Shown here: piece by piece, positions 63,208 to 64,000 of the stretch
Numbering within the stretch: the stretch's first letter is position 1
How the letters are laid out: each line of letters starts with the position of its first letter
From: Vicinamibacteria bacterium
GTDB taxonomy: Bacteria > Acidobacteriota > Vicinamibacteria > Marinacidobacterales > Marinacidobacteraceae
DNA length: 64,000 bases
Reading direction: 5' to 3'
Assembly (NCBI GenBank): GCA_963555995.3
Contig: OY821641.1
Coordinates: forward strand, 2,656,001-2,720,000
Made by a program: the position numbers and the translations under genes
The notes under the pieces: generated by a model
What the model saw: only the letters and a program-made list of their open reading frames with translations
The model's database searches: none
Told to the model about the DNA's origin: nothing

Positions 63208-63564
63208 TCACACCTCCTCATGTGAGCTCGCGGCTTCCTCTGCCTTCTTCGCCTCCGCCTTCTTCGCCTCCGCCTTCTTCGCCGCGGCCTCTAGCTCGGA
63301 CTTTAGAGACGGCGCCAGTGTTTCCAGAAGGAGCATCGCGGATCGCCTGGACATAACAACAGCCGCTGACGGGACAATCAGGGTGGACACGACTCCGTCA
63401 GTTGTCCGGCCGGGAACTTCTTGCGGAGCTAGATAACCGAAGTAGATCAGAATCTCGTCCTGACTCCCGTGTACCGAAAACGCGTCGGCTGGCCTCGGCA
63501 ACCGGTCGGAAACTGTCCCCCATGACCAGTCCGGTTTGGTAGTTCCAGTCGTGTTCTCGGCCAT
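63208..63564 (-). CDS. Small hypothetical protein (DUF3467-like) with KKAEA repeats
   Basis: AGGAGG RBS, ADAFSV...EILIYFG...VVMSRRSA pattern and 15 bp tandem repeats at about 63242-83. Confidence 0.6.
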   Translation of the reverse strand: MAENTTGTTKPDWSWGTVSDRLPRPADAFSVHGSQDEILIYFGYLAPQEVPGRTTDGVVSTLIVPSAAVVMSRRSAMLLLETLAPSLKSELEAAAKKAEAKKAEAKKAEEAASSHEEV

Positions 63565-64000
63565 GAAATCCTCCTAAGGAGTGTTTGAACAAACCCTCGT
63601 TGTCCGGCGACGGGGCATTTAGCACCGCTACGACCTCGCTCCAAAGCAAACTCGGTTTAGGGCTTGGCCCCGGTGACTCCAGCGGGATTCCCATCTGAAT
63701 AGCCATAGCGGCTCGGGAAACCCTGAACCTCTCAGCCAAGGAATCAAGATCTGACACACCATCAAAAAAGGCTCGCAGGAGCAGGTGTTTCGGCATCAGA
63801 ATGTCTGCTGCCATCTGATTCGCTTCGCGCTCTAGAGGGGTGCTCAGTCCGCTTCGATACATCACGTCGTGCTGGACCCCGTCGCCGATGAACTGGCGGT
63901 GTCGGACGAAATGCGCGATCTCGTGTGCAAGCGTGAAGCGGCGCCGGTGCTGATGATGAGATCCGTTCACGAAGACGGCGTAGCCACTGGGGCCTCCCCG
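63398..64000 (-). CDS. ImmA/IrrE family metallopeptidase (5' end outside window)
   Basis: RRRFTLAHEIAH (HExxH), EREANQMAADILMP and LAERFRVSRAAM. Confidence 0.88.
   Translation of the reverse strand, partial: RGGPSGYAVFVNGSHHQHRRRFTLAHEIAHFVRHRQFIGDGVQHDVMYRSGLSTPLEREANQMAADILMPKHLLLRAFFDGVSDLDSLAERFRVSRAAMAIQMGIPLESPGPSPKPSLLWSEVVAVLNAPSPDNEGLFKHSLGGFHGREHDWNYQTGLVMGDSFRPVAEASRRVFGTRESGRDSDLLRLSSSARSSRPDN

Overview
High-GC (roughly 70%) bacterial chromosomal segment. The repeat content and FN3/Ig surface proteins resemble host- or sponge-associated Acidobacteriota-like genomes, but that is inference only. The core block (about 31-58.7 kb) holds larB, dnaG, rpoD, tRNA-Ile2(CAT), a zinc-ribbon protein, a radical SAM protein, pgeF, the dcw cluster (mraZ-rsmH-ftsL-ftsI-murE-murF-mraY-murD-ftsW-murG-murC-ftsQ-ftsA-ftsZ) and a degenerate ychF. 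The left accessory part has three paralogous secreted Ig+LVIVD propeller genes with a His/Met-rich YncE-like partner and an inserted vapBC. It also carries an AAA ATPase, a proline-racemase-family gene, a CRTAC1-like gene, an orphan hicB, an FN3 autotransporter behind a (TC)16 tract, GT2/TPR genes, a folate-linked demethylation cassette and a GT-C gene. The right end is a lower-GC island with a type II R-M pair split by an IS, two IS remnants and an ImmA/IrrE peptidase. Main observations: (1) a dense, covarying REP/REPIN-like family, including a 4 x 248 bp array hit by an IS21 and one doublet translated inside a protein; (2) a frameshift-type phase-variation switch in front of the autotransporter; (3) a 21 bp bidirectional, apparently leaderless promoter between larB and dnaG; (4) FtsZ with a ~150 aa acidic N-terminal extension and DnaA boxes upstream. 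All family assignments are from motif recognition; no database searches were run.
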